A program made the translations under genes and the position numbers. A DNA stretch of 64,000 nt from Lama glama (taxonomy: Eukaryota): assembly GCA_028534125.1 (NCBI GenBank), contig CM052832.1, positions 8,186,001-8,250,000 of the forward strand. The letters are read 5' to 3'. The first letter of the stretch is position 1. The number at the start of each line of letters is the position of its first letter. Of this stretch, positions 11,581 to 23,360 are shown piece by piece. The notes below the pieces were generated by a model, which was not told the origin of the DNA, did not search any database, and saw nothing but the letters and a program-made list of their open reading frames with translations.

Positions 11581-13971
11581 GTGGGTTAAGTTGAGTTTCC
11601 CAGTATTTGGCCTTTTTGCTGTTCTGAAAGGAACCACACTTGGTCTTCATGTGTTGTTAACACAATCCTGACCTTAGCTCAGAACTTTCTCCTTAGCTGA
11701 TCATTCTTCCCTTGGAAGCAGAGGCATGAAGATGGGGGGTGGAGGTGTGAGATGGGTGTGTGGCCACGGGGAAGAGCTGAAGTTTAGGATGTGGGCTCTC
11801 AGTCTCCTGTCCCCAAGGGGATGTAGATCTACAAAAGGCTCCCCGGACAAGACTGAGAGAGGAAACATCTGGGAGGGAAATAGCTGGGGAGGGTTAAGGA
11901 AGGGAGGAGGGCCAGTAAGGGCTGAGGAGCAGAGGAGGGGCCCTTGGAAGGAAATCGGGGACCCTTTTGCTTGTCCTTGGAGATTTCCTGCCCCTCTGTC
12001 ACCCTCAGGGCTACCTCAAGTCCTAGTCTTTCAGGGGTTTAGGGGAGGCATGGTTCTGACCCTTAGGCTCCTCTCAAATTGATGGAACTGACACAGGTAG
12101 GGGTGGGTGTTCCTATGCTAGGGGAGGTGAGGCAGGCTAGAGGAGTTTCCTGAAGCTGCCAGGAGATCCAGGAGAAGGAGAAAGATGTCCAGCCTAGTTT
12201 GGTTACTTCTTAACATTTGGACTCCACTCAGCAGCTTCTGAGAGCAGTAATCATTCCTCCTATCTCTGCAGGGTCCTGAAGGCTGTTCTTTTGTCCCAAA
12301 CATATGACCTTGCTCCATTTCCTGCTGTAGTTGTGGGGTCCTCTGGCCATGACCTTTTATTAGGAACCTGGCTGACTTCATCACCACCCTTGGGTGAACA
12401 CTGCTTTGCCCAGGGTTGGGGGAGGGGGAAAGGGACTCTCCAGTGTGGGCCATGATGGGTCCAGGGCATTGAGGTGGGCGAGGGCACTTATGTAGATGAT
12501 GAGCTGAAGCCAGGTAGCCAGAAAGAGATGAGAGGGCCCTTTAGATGGCTTCTCTGAGCCAGCCTCCCTCTTTCTACATGACCATCAGGTCTAGGAGTAC
12601 AGAAGGAACAAGGCTTTGAACCAGAATCTCTGGATCTTCCAGGCCCACAACCCCCTTCTGATGTTTAGTTAACCCAGGCATTTAAGAGGAAGGGAGGTGA
12701 CTTGGTGGCTGTTTATATTACCCAAGTGGGTATAGACACATCCCCTAACGCTTTTCTCATGAGAGATCAAGAATGTACAGACAGGTGTCGGGGTAAACCG
12801 AGTTTCAGGCAAAGCAGGGAAGAACATGGTCAGCTATTCACAGGAGGCAGGCAAGCGTGAATGGTGGGCACCCTGCCCGGAGGCAGGGGATTGAATGCAA
12901 TGAAACCTCTGGATGCTGGTGATGCTGTGAGGATTAAAGAATTTTGAGTCTTTTCCTGGTACTTTTGGCACATCCCAGTAGGGGCAACTGGGGCAACCCT
13001 GTTTCCCAGCCATGGGAGGGTGAGAAGAGAGGAGGGGGCACTGGTTAGCAGGAAGAGGCTGCGGCCATTAGACTGGGGCTCAGGTTGGAAACTCAGCTTT
13101 CCAGCAAGAGAGCAAGAGCAAGGCAGACCCTAGCCCTGGGGGAGTCAGGACTCTGGGTGGGAACTTGAGGCAGGGGCTTGGATAGAAAGAGGCAAGATGG
13201 GCCCTGGAGTTCTGCAACAAGGAGGGGTATATGCAGAATCAGGAACTCTTAGGGCCTTTGAGTTGGCCCCTACCAGCCACAACGCAAAGGGCTTTCCCTA
13301 GAATAGTCTTGCAAAATCATGATGGATTTTTGAATGATGTGGCTTCCTGTGGAAAAGTAGGTGCCACTGGTGGATCCTGTTAAGTGATTTGGCATGAGTC
13401 TTACTCATTTCCAGTTCTTCTCAATTTCTGCCCCAGGCCCAGCACCCCTCCCCCCGAGTGGTGAGCTGCTAGTAAACACATCCCAGATGTGCTGTGTGAG
13501 ACGAGCCAAGATGGCGGGGCGAGATGGCTGCTTTTTAGAATAACAATGCAATTTTCTCAGAAAAACCTTCTCCTTTGGTCAGATACCACCTGACGGCAGC
13601 AGCTTAGAGAGACCAGAAGAGCTCTCCCTCCCCCTGCCAGAGCCAGAGCCCCGCGGGGTTGGAAGGACCCTTTCCAAACTGTGCCCCAGGGTGCCTTGGG
13701 GGTTCTGTGGAGCCTCCTGAGTTGAGGGTGTCAAAGGCTGAGCAGGAAGGGCTTGGCATCACTCCAATCCTCCCACCCGAGTTTCAACCAAAACGTATCC
13801 TCTGCTTTGATCTGTTGTACTTATTGGGCTTCAGAGTAATGTCCTTTATACTGTGAGGTCTGGATCTTAAAATACATTACATTGGAAAGGCCCTGGAATG
13901 GCCCAGGGGCCCTGCACCAGGGGCTCCGTGCCTTGGCTGTGGATGCCGGGCTCTCTCTCATTTAGGAGACT

Positions 13972-14165
13972 GGGCTCTGCAGCCAGCTGCTGGGAGTCAC
14001 ACTCCAGCCTTTTACCAGCTCGGTGAGCTTAGGCAAGCCACTTAGCTCCATCCGTGCCTCCGCCTCCTGAACTGTAAAATAAGTTGTCACACAACAATCA
14101 AGAAAGTTGTTGTAAAGCACTTAGCACAGAGCCTGGCACATAAGATTAGCTATTATTAATGTCAT
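13972..14165 (+). mobile_element. MIR SINE
   Basis: ttaggcaagccacttagctc...ctgtaaaat...gtaaagcacttagcacagagcctggcacata...ttagctattatt. Confidence 0.85.
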
Positions 14166-14478
14166 TATTGTACCCGCAACCCCTCAGGAATGACATGAGC
14201 TCGCTCCCCCTCCAGGACCCCTGTTCTGTGTTCTGACCATGCTCTCCGGTCAGGCAAGGGCCCCTCTACTCACTCTATCTCATCAGCCTGGAGGGGCTTT
14301 CTCTCACTCTCTTTCTTTCTCCTTGAGTATAAAGGTGACATTTTTTTAAAATAGAAAATTCAGAAAATCAAAGACAAGGAAGAAAAGAAAGGGAAAAAAT
14401 GGAAAGAAAGAAAAAATAAAAAAAGAAATGAACAATGTCCAACTACCCAGAGAACACCAAATGCAGCATCTCAATGAT

Positions 14479-15110
14479 GGTATTTGTTTTTCTGCAGCCA
14501 TAACAAATGACCGCAAACTTAGCAGTTTAAAACAGCACTCATTTATCATCTCAGTCTCTGTTGGTCAGAAGTTCGAATGCACTTGACTGGGCTCTCGGCT
14601 TAGGGTCTCATAAAACTGAAATCAAGGTGTTAGTGGGCTGTTTTCCCTTCTGGAGACTTTGGGGGTGAATCTGCTCCCAGCTCATTCAAATTGTTGGCTG
14701 AATCCAGTTCCTTGCAGTGTAGGACTGTTTCCTTGTTAGCTGTCAGCTGGGAGACCCTAGCTGTAGAGACCTCTCTCTGGTCATCAAACGTGGCGCCTAC
14801 ATCTCAGAACCAGTAATGGCCTGAAGCATCCTTTACTCACTTGGACCTTCCCTGACTTCCCTCCCATCATACCTCTCCTGTCTTCCTCTTTTGCTCCATC
14901 TTTCTTTTACTTTCAGCCAGAGAATGTTCTCTGCTTTTAAGAGTTTATGCGATTAGATTGGGTCCACCAGGATAATCCAGGAAAACCTCCCTATTTTAAG
15001 GTCCACAACCGTAATCACAGAAGTCCCTTTTGCCAGGGAACATGATACACTCACAAATTCCAGGCATTAAGACAGGGACATCTTTGGGGGGGTGTTATTT
15101 GGCCACCACA
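14479..15110 (-). mobile_element. MaLR LTR (MLT1D/E-like)
   Basis: cataacaaatgaccgcaaacttagcagtttaaaacagcactcatttatcatctcag...gaaatcaaggtgt...attagattgggtccacc...ggacatctttggg...ccaccaca. Confidence 0.9.
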
Positions 15111-15181
15111 GTGTTTGTGCTTTCAGTCTTTTCTCCAGGCATATTATCTTTGTAAAGAAATATTTGTAAAAGCGTACAGTA

Positions 15182-15623
15182 CTGTTTGCTGGCAACTCAA
15201 TACCATTTCCTTCCCTCTCCACCCTCCCCCTCCCCCGGTCTATGCTTTCCTCTGCCCAGTAGGGGCTGGAAGCCAGGGAACTACAGTTCTCAGAATCCCC
15301 GCCAGCTGATGAGAGGCATTTGCGTGAGATCTGGCGGGTGGAAAAGAAGCATAAATCATAGCATTGTTCTCCTGGCAGCTGTGGGCAGGTGTGTGGGCTT
15401 CAGCAGATAGGAGCTTTTGGAGCAGACCTCAGGCGTTTTCTCTGCGTTGGTGCTGGAGGCTCAAGTGTCCTGCGATTTCAGCAACTTCCTGACACCCTAA
15501 AAGCTCGCAGTGAACCTGACAGCCAGCCCTTCCACAGCTTTGTAAACACCTAATTCTCTGTACTAAATTCCTTTCAGCTTGAAATGCCTAACGTGATCTC
15601 CACATGCCTAGGTGACTGATACA
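15182..15623 (+). mobile_element. ERVL LTR (LTR33-like)
   Basis: ggggctggaagcc..gaactacagttctcagaatccc...taaattcctttc.gcttgaaat.ccta...ending tgactgataca. Confidence 0.7.
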
Positions 15624-15985
15624 GGGATCTTGTTGATCATAGCAATTTATAACCTATGAGTCCTCACTTACTAATAGATCATGAGGATAAACCTGTCCAC
15701 AGGTCATTCAATATTCTGAAAACTTTTTTAAAATCTAGGTTTCCGTGGCTGCATGCTAGCCTGTCATATGGATATACCATAATTTATTTAACCAACCCTC
15801 TGTTGTTGAACATTTTAGGTTGTTCACTTTTATGACCCTCATTGTCAAGAACATCCTTGGCCATGAATCTTCGTGCTTGGCCAAGAATATTTACTTAGAA
15901 TATATTCTTGAAGTGCATTTTTTAGTTAATGGGCATTAGCTTTTTGAAAGCTTTAATGCATATTTCCAGATAAGTCACCTGTATT
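15624..15985 (-). mobile_element. L1ME-like 3' fragment
   Basis: tggatataccataatttatttaaccaaccctctgttgttgaacattttaggttg...gaacatcctt. Confidence 0.75.
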
Positions 15986-15989
15986 TTCT

Positions 15990-16325
15990 TGCCTTCTCCT
16001 TCTACCTCTCCAGCTGTGCCTTCTCTGTCTCCTTGGCTGCTTGCTTCTCATCCCTCTGACCTCTAACCAGCAGAGAGCCCTGAAACTCAATCCTTGCACT
16101 CTCTTCTCTTTTTTATCTGTTCTTTTCCTTTGGTAAATTAATTTACTCTCATTGCTTTAAATATTCTTCATATGCTGATGACCCCTTTGTTTATATCTTA
16201 AGCCCAAGACTTTCCCCTGAACTCCAAACTTGTGTATTCAAATTGCCTTCTCAGCATCTCTGCCTGGATGACTGATGGGAACATCAGAATTAGCACGTCC
16301 AAACTGAACTCCTGCCCTTGCCTCC
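15990..16325 (+). mobile_element. L2 LINE, reverse-transcriptase region
   Basis: tatgctgatgac (YADD) at 16171-16182 in context SHCFKYSSYADD, then ttcccctgaactccaaact...tccaaactgaactc. Confidence 0.9.
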
Positions 16326-16825
16326 NNNNNNNNNNNNNNNNNNNNNNNNNNNNNNNNNNNNNNNNNNNNNNNNNNNNNNNNNNNNNNNNNNNNNNNNNNN
16401 NNNNNNNNNNNNNNNNNNNNNNNNNNNNNNNNNNNNNNNNNNNNNNNNNNNNNNNNNNNNNNNNNNNNNNNNNNNNNNNNNNNNNNNNNNNNNNNNNNNN
16501 NNNNNNNNNNNNNNNNNNNNNNNNNNNNNNNNNNNNNNNNNNNNNNNNNNNNNNNNNNNNNNNNNNNNNNNNNNNNNNNNNNNNNNNNNNNNNNNNNNNN
16601 NNNNNNNNNNNNNNNNNNNNNNNNNNNNNNNNNNNNNNNNNNNNNNNNNNNNNNNNNNNNNNNNNNNNNNNNNNNNNNNNNNNNNNNNNNNNNNNNNNNN
16701 NNNNNNNNNNNNNNNNNNNNNNNNNNNNNNNNNNNNNNNNNNNNNNNNNNNNNNNNNNNNNNNNNNNNNNNNNNNNNNNNNNNNNNNNNNNNNNNNNNNN
16801 NNNNNNNNNNNNNNNNNNNNNNNNN
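16326..16825. other. Assembly gap (500 N)
   Basis: N run. Confidence 1.
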
Positions 16826-17179
16826 GGGCTCACGCTTAGAAAGGGGAGACCTGTCCCTTCAGCTCCTACTCACTGTCAAAGCAGCATTGAGAGTGGGGGA
16901 GGTGGGGGCTGCACGGCTAATGGCCCAGAGCTCCCACCTTGACTCTGTCTACGTTTCTAACAGATTTCTGCCCTCAGCCAGGGCCTGAGTGAGGGGAACT
17001 CCTGGCTTAGACACTTGCAGGCTTATTCTCACCACACAGAGTTAATGACAGGAATGCCTGCGGCCACTTTAACCCTTGGAGATGTTTTGTGGGAGAGGGA
17101 AGCCTCATGCCTCGCATGCACAGGTGCTTGTTGTTCACAGACTTTTCCCATCAGGTGAATCTCACACTGCCACATGTCC

Positions 17180-17320
17180 TAGTGCAGCCCCATTTTATAG
17201 GTGAGGAAACTGAGACTCAGAAACCTGCGCAGACGCCCAAAGAAAGCCCCATAGCTAAAAAGTGACAGAAGCCCAATTCTGCTTTGCTTCAAATTTGTGT
17301 TTTTTTCCAGGACCACAGCT
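17180..17320 (-). mobile_element. MIR SINE
   Basis: cccattttataggtgaggaaactgagactcaga. Confidence 0.8.
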
Positions 17321-17606
17321 TGGAAGAGGGTTGCCCCTCTGTTCAAGTCCAGCCTCCCACACTTCTGCTTATATGGTCCCACTGAGGAGTTTGCAGATTG
17401 GCTGTGAGATTTCTGGAGTCTGAGTCTTGGGGTCTTTGGGGGAAATGCCCTGCGTCTCCTTGTGGAGACATCAGGGAGGAGTATGAGGCAGGGCAGGGGA
17501 GGGAGGAAGAGGGAACTCTATGAGCCACAACTGTGCAATGGGTGAGGACCGCCTGGAAGAACGAAAGAAACAATCTCAGTAAATAGCAACATGCTCAGTG
17601 ACCAAG

Positions 17607-17688
17607 CAGGCTCTGCAAACACTGACAGGCTCTGCAAACCACAGCAGGTTCCGCAAATGCTGACGGCTCTAAACACTGACAGACTCTG
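17607..17688. repeat. Minisatellite, ~19-bp unit (caggctctgcaaacactga), ~4.5 degenerate copies
   Basis: caggctctgcaaacactga / caggctctgcaaaccacag / caggttccgcaaatgctga / cggctctaaacactga / cagactctg. Confidence 0.8.
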
Positions 17689-18404
17689 TGTTATTGGTCC
17701 CCACAATGGCAATGAGAGTGAGGAACATTATGGAGGAGAAGACTTTGGAGTCCAGAGATGCTAAGGGAAGTTTCCGCTTACCTTAGAAGCAAAGGCAGGT
17801 GCTTGGTTTCCAACAGGGGCTCTGCCTTTGTGAGGGAGTCCTGGAGGGGGACACCCAACCATTCTCCCCTCCTCCACAGCCCTGTCCAGTGCCGTTGCTT
17901 GTGCCTTTCTGCTTTGCAGGCTGCAGAGGTACCAGGGCAGGAGGACTATGACTGGGAGGAGTCCACGGGGAACATAGGAGAGGGTCCCCCAGGTGGAAGC
18001 CTGGCCAGCTGCGGGTAGGATAGTCTGAAAGCCCCGTCTGGCCCCTCTGAGCTCCTGAATGTCTCAGCCTTGGGAGCAGGGGAGGGAGTGGTGGGAGCAG
18101 CAAACTTTTCCAAATGGAAAATGATGAAATCTTTCTGGAAAGCTGACTTTCCCAGGCTCTGGTGGGTAAAGCTGACAACAGGAAACCTGAGCCCTGTGGG
18201 CAGGCAGGGGGTCCAGCAGCAGGGAACACAAGGCGCCTCGCTATGACAGAGTCCTGGGAAGCCACTCCAGAACCATGGAGGGCCTGCTGCCCTGGGGCTC
18301 CCCTGGTGGGGGCGGGGAGTGGGCGGTTGAGTTACCCTTCAGCCCTTGGCCCCCTACAGTCTATGCCCAACCCAGCAACCAGAGTGATGCTGTGACAACA
18401 AAGT

Positions 18405-18792
18405 CAGTTCTCATCTCTCCTCAGAGTCAAGGCCGAAGTCCTTACTGTGACCTGCATGGCCCCGTGTGATCCCACCATACTACCACCACTCCCCTCCCCA
18501 CTTCTCACTCTGCTCTAGTGTACCATTCCTCAGACTGCTGGGCACACTACTGCCTCAGGGCCTTTGCACTGCCAGTTCCCGCTGCCTGGATGCTTTCTCC
18601 TCAGATATGCACAAGGCTCAACCCCTCACTTCACTGAGGTCCTTGAATATCATCTTCTCATTGAGGCTTTTCCTGATCATCTGTTTAATACCTCAGGCTG
18701 CCCTCCCCACTCCAGCATCTACACCCTCCCGTCTATATTACCATGCTTTATTTTTTTCCAAATAATTTCCAAATTATGTCTTCTAATATATT
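18405..18792 (+). mobile_element. L2a 3' region, left part (split by an MLT1C-like LTR)
   Basis: aagtccttactgtgacct...ctgcctcagggcctttgcactg..gttccc.ctgcctggatgc...gaggcttttcctga. Confidence 0.8.
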
Positions 18793-19321
18793 TGTAGTGG
18801 ATGGAAGAGTGGTTCCCCAAAAGGTATGTCCACATCCAAACCCTTGGAACTTGTGTATGGCTGCAGTGGGTCAAATAGGGCCCTTTCCACAAAAAAAAAC
18901 TGAGGTCCACTTGGAACCTCAGAATGTGACCTGATTTGGAAATAGGGTCATTGCAGATGTGCTTAAGTTAAGGCTCTTGAGATGAGATCATCCTGGATTT
19001 TGGGTGGACCCTAAATCCAATACTAGTGTCTTTATAAGAAGATGAGAAGATGGAGGGACACGGGGGAGAAAGCCATGTCAGGTGGAGGCAGTTGTTGGAG
19101 CCATGCTGTCAGAAGCTAAGGAACTCCAAGGATTGCCAGGAGCCACCAGAGGCTGGAAAAGGCACAAATCTCCCCTCCCGGAGCTTGTGAAGAGAGTGTG
19201 GCCCTGCCAACACCTTGATTTCAGACTTTTAGCTTCCAGAATTGTGTGGGAATAAATTTCTGATGTTTTAAGCCACCAAGTTTGGGGTAATTTGCTATGG
19301 CAGCCACAGGAAATGAGTGCA
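18793..19321 (+). mobile_element. MaLR LTR (MLT1C-like)
   Basis: tgtagtggatgga...gaatgtgacct.atttggaaatagggtc.ttgcagatgt...gccaacaccttgatttcagactt...gaataaatttctg..gttttaagccacc. Confidence 0.92.
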
Positions 19322-19500
19322 GCACTCTATAATTTACTTATTTATTCTGTTTATTATCTATAAACACACTCTCTGTCCTCAAGTCTGGGATTTTGACAGG
19401 GATTTTGTTTATTCTGCTCACTGATCTAGCCCCGGGAACTAGCATAGCGCCTGGCACACAGCCGGTGCTCAATAAATAGCTGTCAAATGGCTGCATGGAC
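19322..19500 (+). mobile_element. L2a 3' end, right part
   Basis: cagggattttg...ctcactga...gcctggcacacagccggtgctcaataaata. Confidence 0.8.
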
Positions 19501-20249
19501 AAGTTAGATGAAAATAAACGGGATAGGAGTGGGAGCTGGGGGTCTTCAGGGACCAACTTGGCTGCTCAATGCCTGGGCCCACTGAGACCAGCTCAGTGTG
19601 GTGGGAACTCACCTGGAAGAAGAGAAGAGGGAGATTTGGGGTCCCCTGGGACCAGTCCCCCAGGACAGAGATGAGCAGAACCTGTCCTGATCCCAAGATT
19701 CAGCCTCCCCCAGTTTGGCCCCAGCAAGGAGTAGGTGCCCTCCCCCTACATCCTGCAACCAAGGGACCCTTCCTCTAGGCCAACTTCAGATGCCTCAACC
19801 GTTGGTACAACTGGAGGCCCAAGCCATCCCCACCTCCCTGTTCAGCCTCCACCCCAGCTTTTCCTCCTACAGGCAGGCCAGGCCTGCAGTGTCATTGTGG
19901 GCAAAGGACTGGAGAAGTCATGGGAGAGAGTCACAGGGATGGAGTGGGCCTCATCCATCCCTAAGTCCCTCAGTCTCCATCAGGCCACCTGGCCTCTGTC
20001 CTGACTTTCCTGACACTGGTAAAACTGGGCCCCTCTCTGGTGGATTAAAGATGGCCAGAGATTCTTGCTACCCTGTTGTCTCCCAAGAGGAAGACTAGAA
20101 ACTTCCTCAGGGCCAGCCTGGCTCACCCATCTCTGCCATCCTAGGATTCTCTGCAGAAGGGGAGCTGATGGAGCCCTCCCCGCCTCTTCTTTCCTTCCCT
20201 CCTTGCCTCTTCTTTCCTTCCCTCCCTCTTTCCTCTCTTCTCTCCTCCC

Positions 20250-20352
20250 CTTGAGGAAGCTGGTGAATCTCTCTGAGCCTCAGTGTCCTTATCTGTCAAA
20301 GGGGAATCATAACACCCACTGTGAGGAGAGTAGTCATGAGGATTAAATGAGG
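20250..20352 (+). mobile_element. MIR fragment
   Basis: ctctctgagcctcagtgtccttatctgtcaaaggggaat...gaggattaaatgag. Confidence 0.75.
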
Positions 20353-21399
20353 AGTTGAGAAGGAGGGGATGGGATGGAGAAGAGGGCCTCAGGGCCTGAG
20401 CAGAGGGAACCCACAGCAGAAAGGACAAGACCTGCTAGGGCCTCATTTCTGCAAGTGTCAGGCCACCTGTGGGCCCATTCTGAGCCTGTTCTGAGCCTTT
20501 GCCTCTTCTGAGCCCACCTGCCCGTTCTGTGCCCCACAGGCCTGTTTTCTGAACCTGTGATGTGGGCCTAGGTGAGGTACGCTCAGCCTGTGCGACACAG
20601 AGTGGCTGGACACAGCGTGAAGTGGTGCTGAGGACCCTGGGTAAACATCCTTCCTCCGCTGCAGCATGAACACAGATGGTCCTCTCTCGTGAGGTGGACA
20701 ATGGCTACCTTGTGTGAACAAGAAAGAAAAGTGGGTACTTGTCATTGTTGAATTGGGCAGGGCCCCAAACAGGCTCAGAAAGGGCCAAGCCACAGGGGGG
20801 CCTGGACCAGCCCTGCCAATGTCTGGGGCTGGCGGCAGGCAGGAGGGCATGGGGAATGCGGCCCAGGAACAGAACGAGACGCTGAGCAGGGAGAAGGTGG
20901 GAGAGCCTGACAGAGCTGCTGGGGAAATGAAGAGAGTCTGGCTGGGCAGGAAGTAAACGCATGCAGAGAGGCTGGGCGAGGGGCCGGGAGCAGCCAGGCA
21001 CTTTGGGGAGCGCTCTGGCTGCAGTTCCAGGCAGAACAGACTGGGCTCCCTTCCGGACCTAGGCCCCCTGGCGAAGGAAGCACTTAAGGATCTAAGACAG
21101 ACTGGTCCTTGAGCTGGACAAAGCAGAGCTCGGAAACCTTGTTATGTACTTAGAATTTGCCCACTTCCCCAACGACGTCCAAGCTTTGAGATTTCTCTGG
21201 CCCTAGGAAAACATTTTTCACGTTCTGAAAAGCTGCTGATGTCGCTGACGGCTTGGTGGGGGCAGCAAAGTTGAGGCCTGTGCTGGACACTGGGGTCCAA
21301 GGTCCTCTATGCTCCACGCGTACTCCAACCCCTCCACGCAGGTGCCCATCAGTCAAGCCTTGCCTTGCCCAGAGTCTCCTGCCTCCTGCCCGAGGCTTC

Positions 21400-21751
21400 T
21401 CCAATGTCCTGCACGTAGACCTTAGCCTGTGAATGCTTGATACCCTCTGAGGTCCCGCAGCGTGCATACCTCAGAAGGGGACACCTTTGCCCAATGGAGG
21501 GACAGAAACTAACAGATAATTGTTTCCTGTCATTCACTCTTGGGTAGACAATTTTGAGATACATTTCATTAGGCTCTTAGATAGGTCCCTGAGGGGTCAC
21601 CTGGTATTGGCTGACCCTCTCTCCCTGTCTCACTCTGTCCCCTGCCCTTATCCCTCACTCCTGCTCCCTGGGGTCACTTCCCAAGTAAATTACTTGCACC
21701 CTAGGCTGAAGCCTACTCAAGCCCCACTTTAAGGGGAAACCAGAGAAGACA
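21400..21751 (+). mobile_element. ERVL LTR (LTR16-like)
   Basis: ccctgtctcactct...cctcactcctgctccctggggtcacttcccaagtaaattacttgcacc...ggggaaacca...aagaca. Confidence 0.7.
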
Positions 21752-22010
21752 GAGGCACCCTTCCTGAAAGAATCTAGTTTGTAAGGGCCGAGGTGGAAGG
21801 CAAGTGGGAGCATGGCCTATGGAAGGGCGCACCCTCCCTTCTCTCAAGAGTAATGTTCTAAAACACAGCTCTAAGCTGGCGCCTGCGGTGTAGAGCCCCC
21901 GGTAATGATAACTTGGTATTTGCCTGGACTCCACTGGATGTGAGCATCTCCCTGGATCCTGACAGCCTGAGGGAGAAACTTGGGACTGGTGCTTCGAATA
22001 ATTAAGTGTA

Positions 22011-22209
22011 CAGCTGACCCTTGAACAACAGAGTCGGAACTGCACAGGTCCACTTAAATGGGAATAGATTTCAACAGTAAACACTACAGTACTACGTAGT
22101 CTGTGGTTAGTTAAAACCACAGCTGCGGAAGAACCGGCGGCCGGCTGACTATAAGTTACATGGGTATTAACATCCCACCCCAACCCCGGCATTGTTCGAA
22201 GATCAACTG
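22011..22209. mobile_element. TcMar-Tigger (Tigger2-family) MITE with TIRs and TA target duplication
   Basis: Left TIR cagctgacccttgaacaa, right ttgttcgaagatcaactg (14/18 complementary); flanked by TA at 22009-22010 and 22210-22211. Confidence 0.9.
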
Positions 22210-23189
22210 TATTTTGCACCAGTGACAGGTGCAAGCATGTCCCCTCTCCCATGGGCCCTGCTTTGGGGATTTGTGAGTGGTGAGTTGGCCTGGCTCAGCC
22301 TTTGGTTCCTAACTCCTGGAGGCAAGGACTGGCCTTCATCTACTTCCTCCTGCGTGCAGGCCTTTGTTAGCAGAGACTCAGTCTGTTTTGCTGAGGGCTC
22401 ATGCAGACCCTGCCCATGGACCCCATCCCAGATGGGGTCTCTGAAATGGCCCTGCTTCCTTCTTCTGACGTCTGTGGGTCAGCAGTGCTGGTGTCGTGGA
22501 AACTGGGCTGGGTTAGCCTGCCTCCGGGGCCAGGGAACACAGGAGTGGGTGGGAAGCTGGCTGTACCTGGGGCCTTGACCCTGACCCTACTCCAGAGAAA
22601 GCCCATATCTCCGTCTGACCTTTGAGGCATGAAGAAGCCCTGGTTTAAACCCTCCCCATCCAGACTGGGGCTGGCGCCAAGTCACCAGGCCCCCCACTTC
22701 TCCAGAGGCCTTCGTTTCCCATATGTCCGGTTTCTGGCTGGCGCCGAGGGGAAGCTTTCTCCTCGGCCTGGTGACCTGCCTGAGTTCCTCTTAACTCTTC
22801 TGTGTCACTTGCCCCGCACCCCGCTACCCCACCCCACCTGCTGCACTTCTCAAGGTGTATTGAGTGAATGGGGACAAAGGAAAAGAGGGTCAAGAGTGAG
22901 GGACCCCTGTTTGGGGGGTATGCGTTGGGGTCAGAGGGGGCAGATTTGGGCTAAAGCCTCTATAGAACCTGACTCCCAGTTACAAGAAACTTGAATTTTC
23001 CCCGCTGCTCTGAGGCTCGAGTGGCCCAGACCTGTCTCCTCATGACCTTCAGAGTCCCAGCTATGCTCCTGGAGTTAGCAGTGCGGAGGCCGTTCCCAGA
23101 GCAGACGGCTGATCCCCAGAGGTTTAAAGACAGTGTCTATGGTGACCCCAAGTTCTCTTTCCCTTAAATTAAGGAAAGTGTGGAGTCTG

Positions 23190-23360
23190 AGCCAAAGCTG
23201 GTAGAACGCAGGTCTGAACTAGCTTTACCATTTACTAGCTGTGTGGCTTCTGAGCCTGTTTCCTTAGCTGTGAAATGAGGTTATAAGGTGACCCCTACCA
23301 AGGCTGGTGTGAAGAGCAACCGAGGTAATGAACGTGAAGGCCTCAGTGCAGGTGTCAATA
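23190..23360 (+). mobile_element. MIR SINE
   Basis: ccatttactagctgtgtg...tgagcctgtttcctta.ctgtgaaatgagg. Confidence 0.7.

Noticed and set aside
16198..16942. Long ORFs across the first N run (likewise 45326-46012 across the second)
   Set aside because: Artefacts of translating 500-N placeholder gaps
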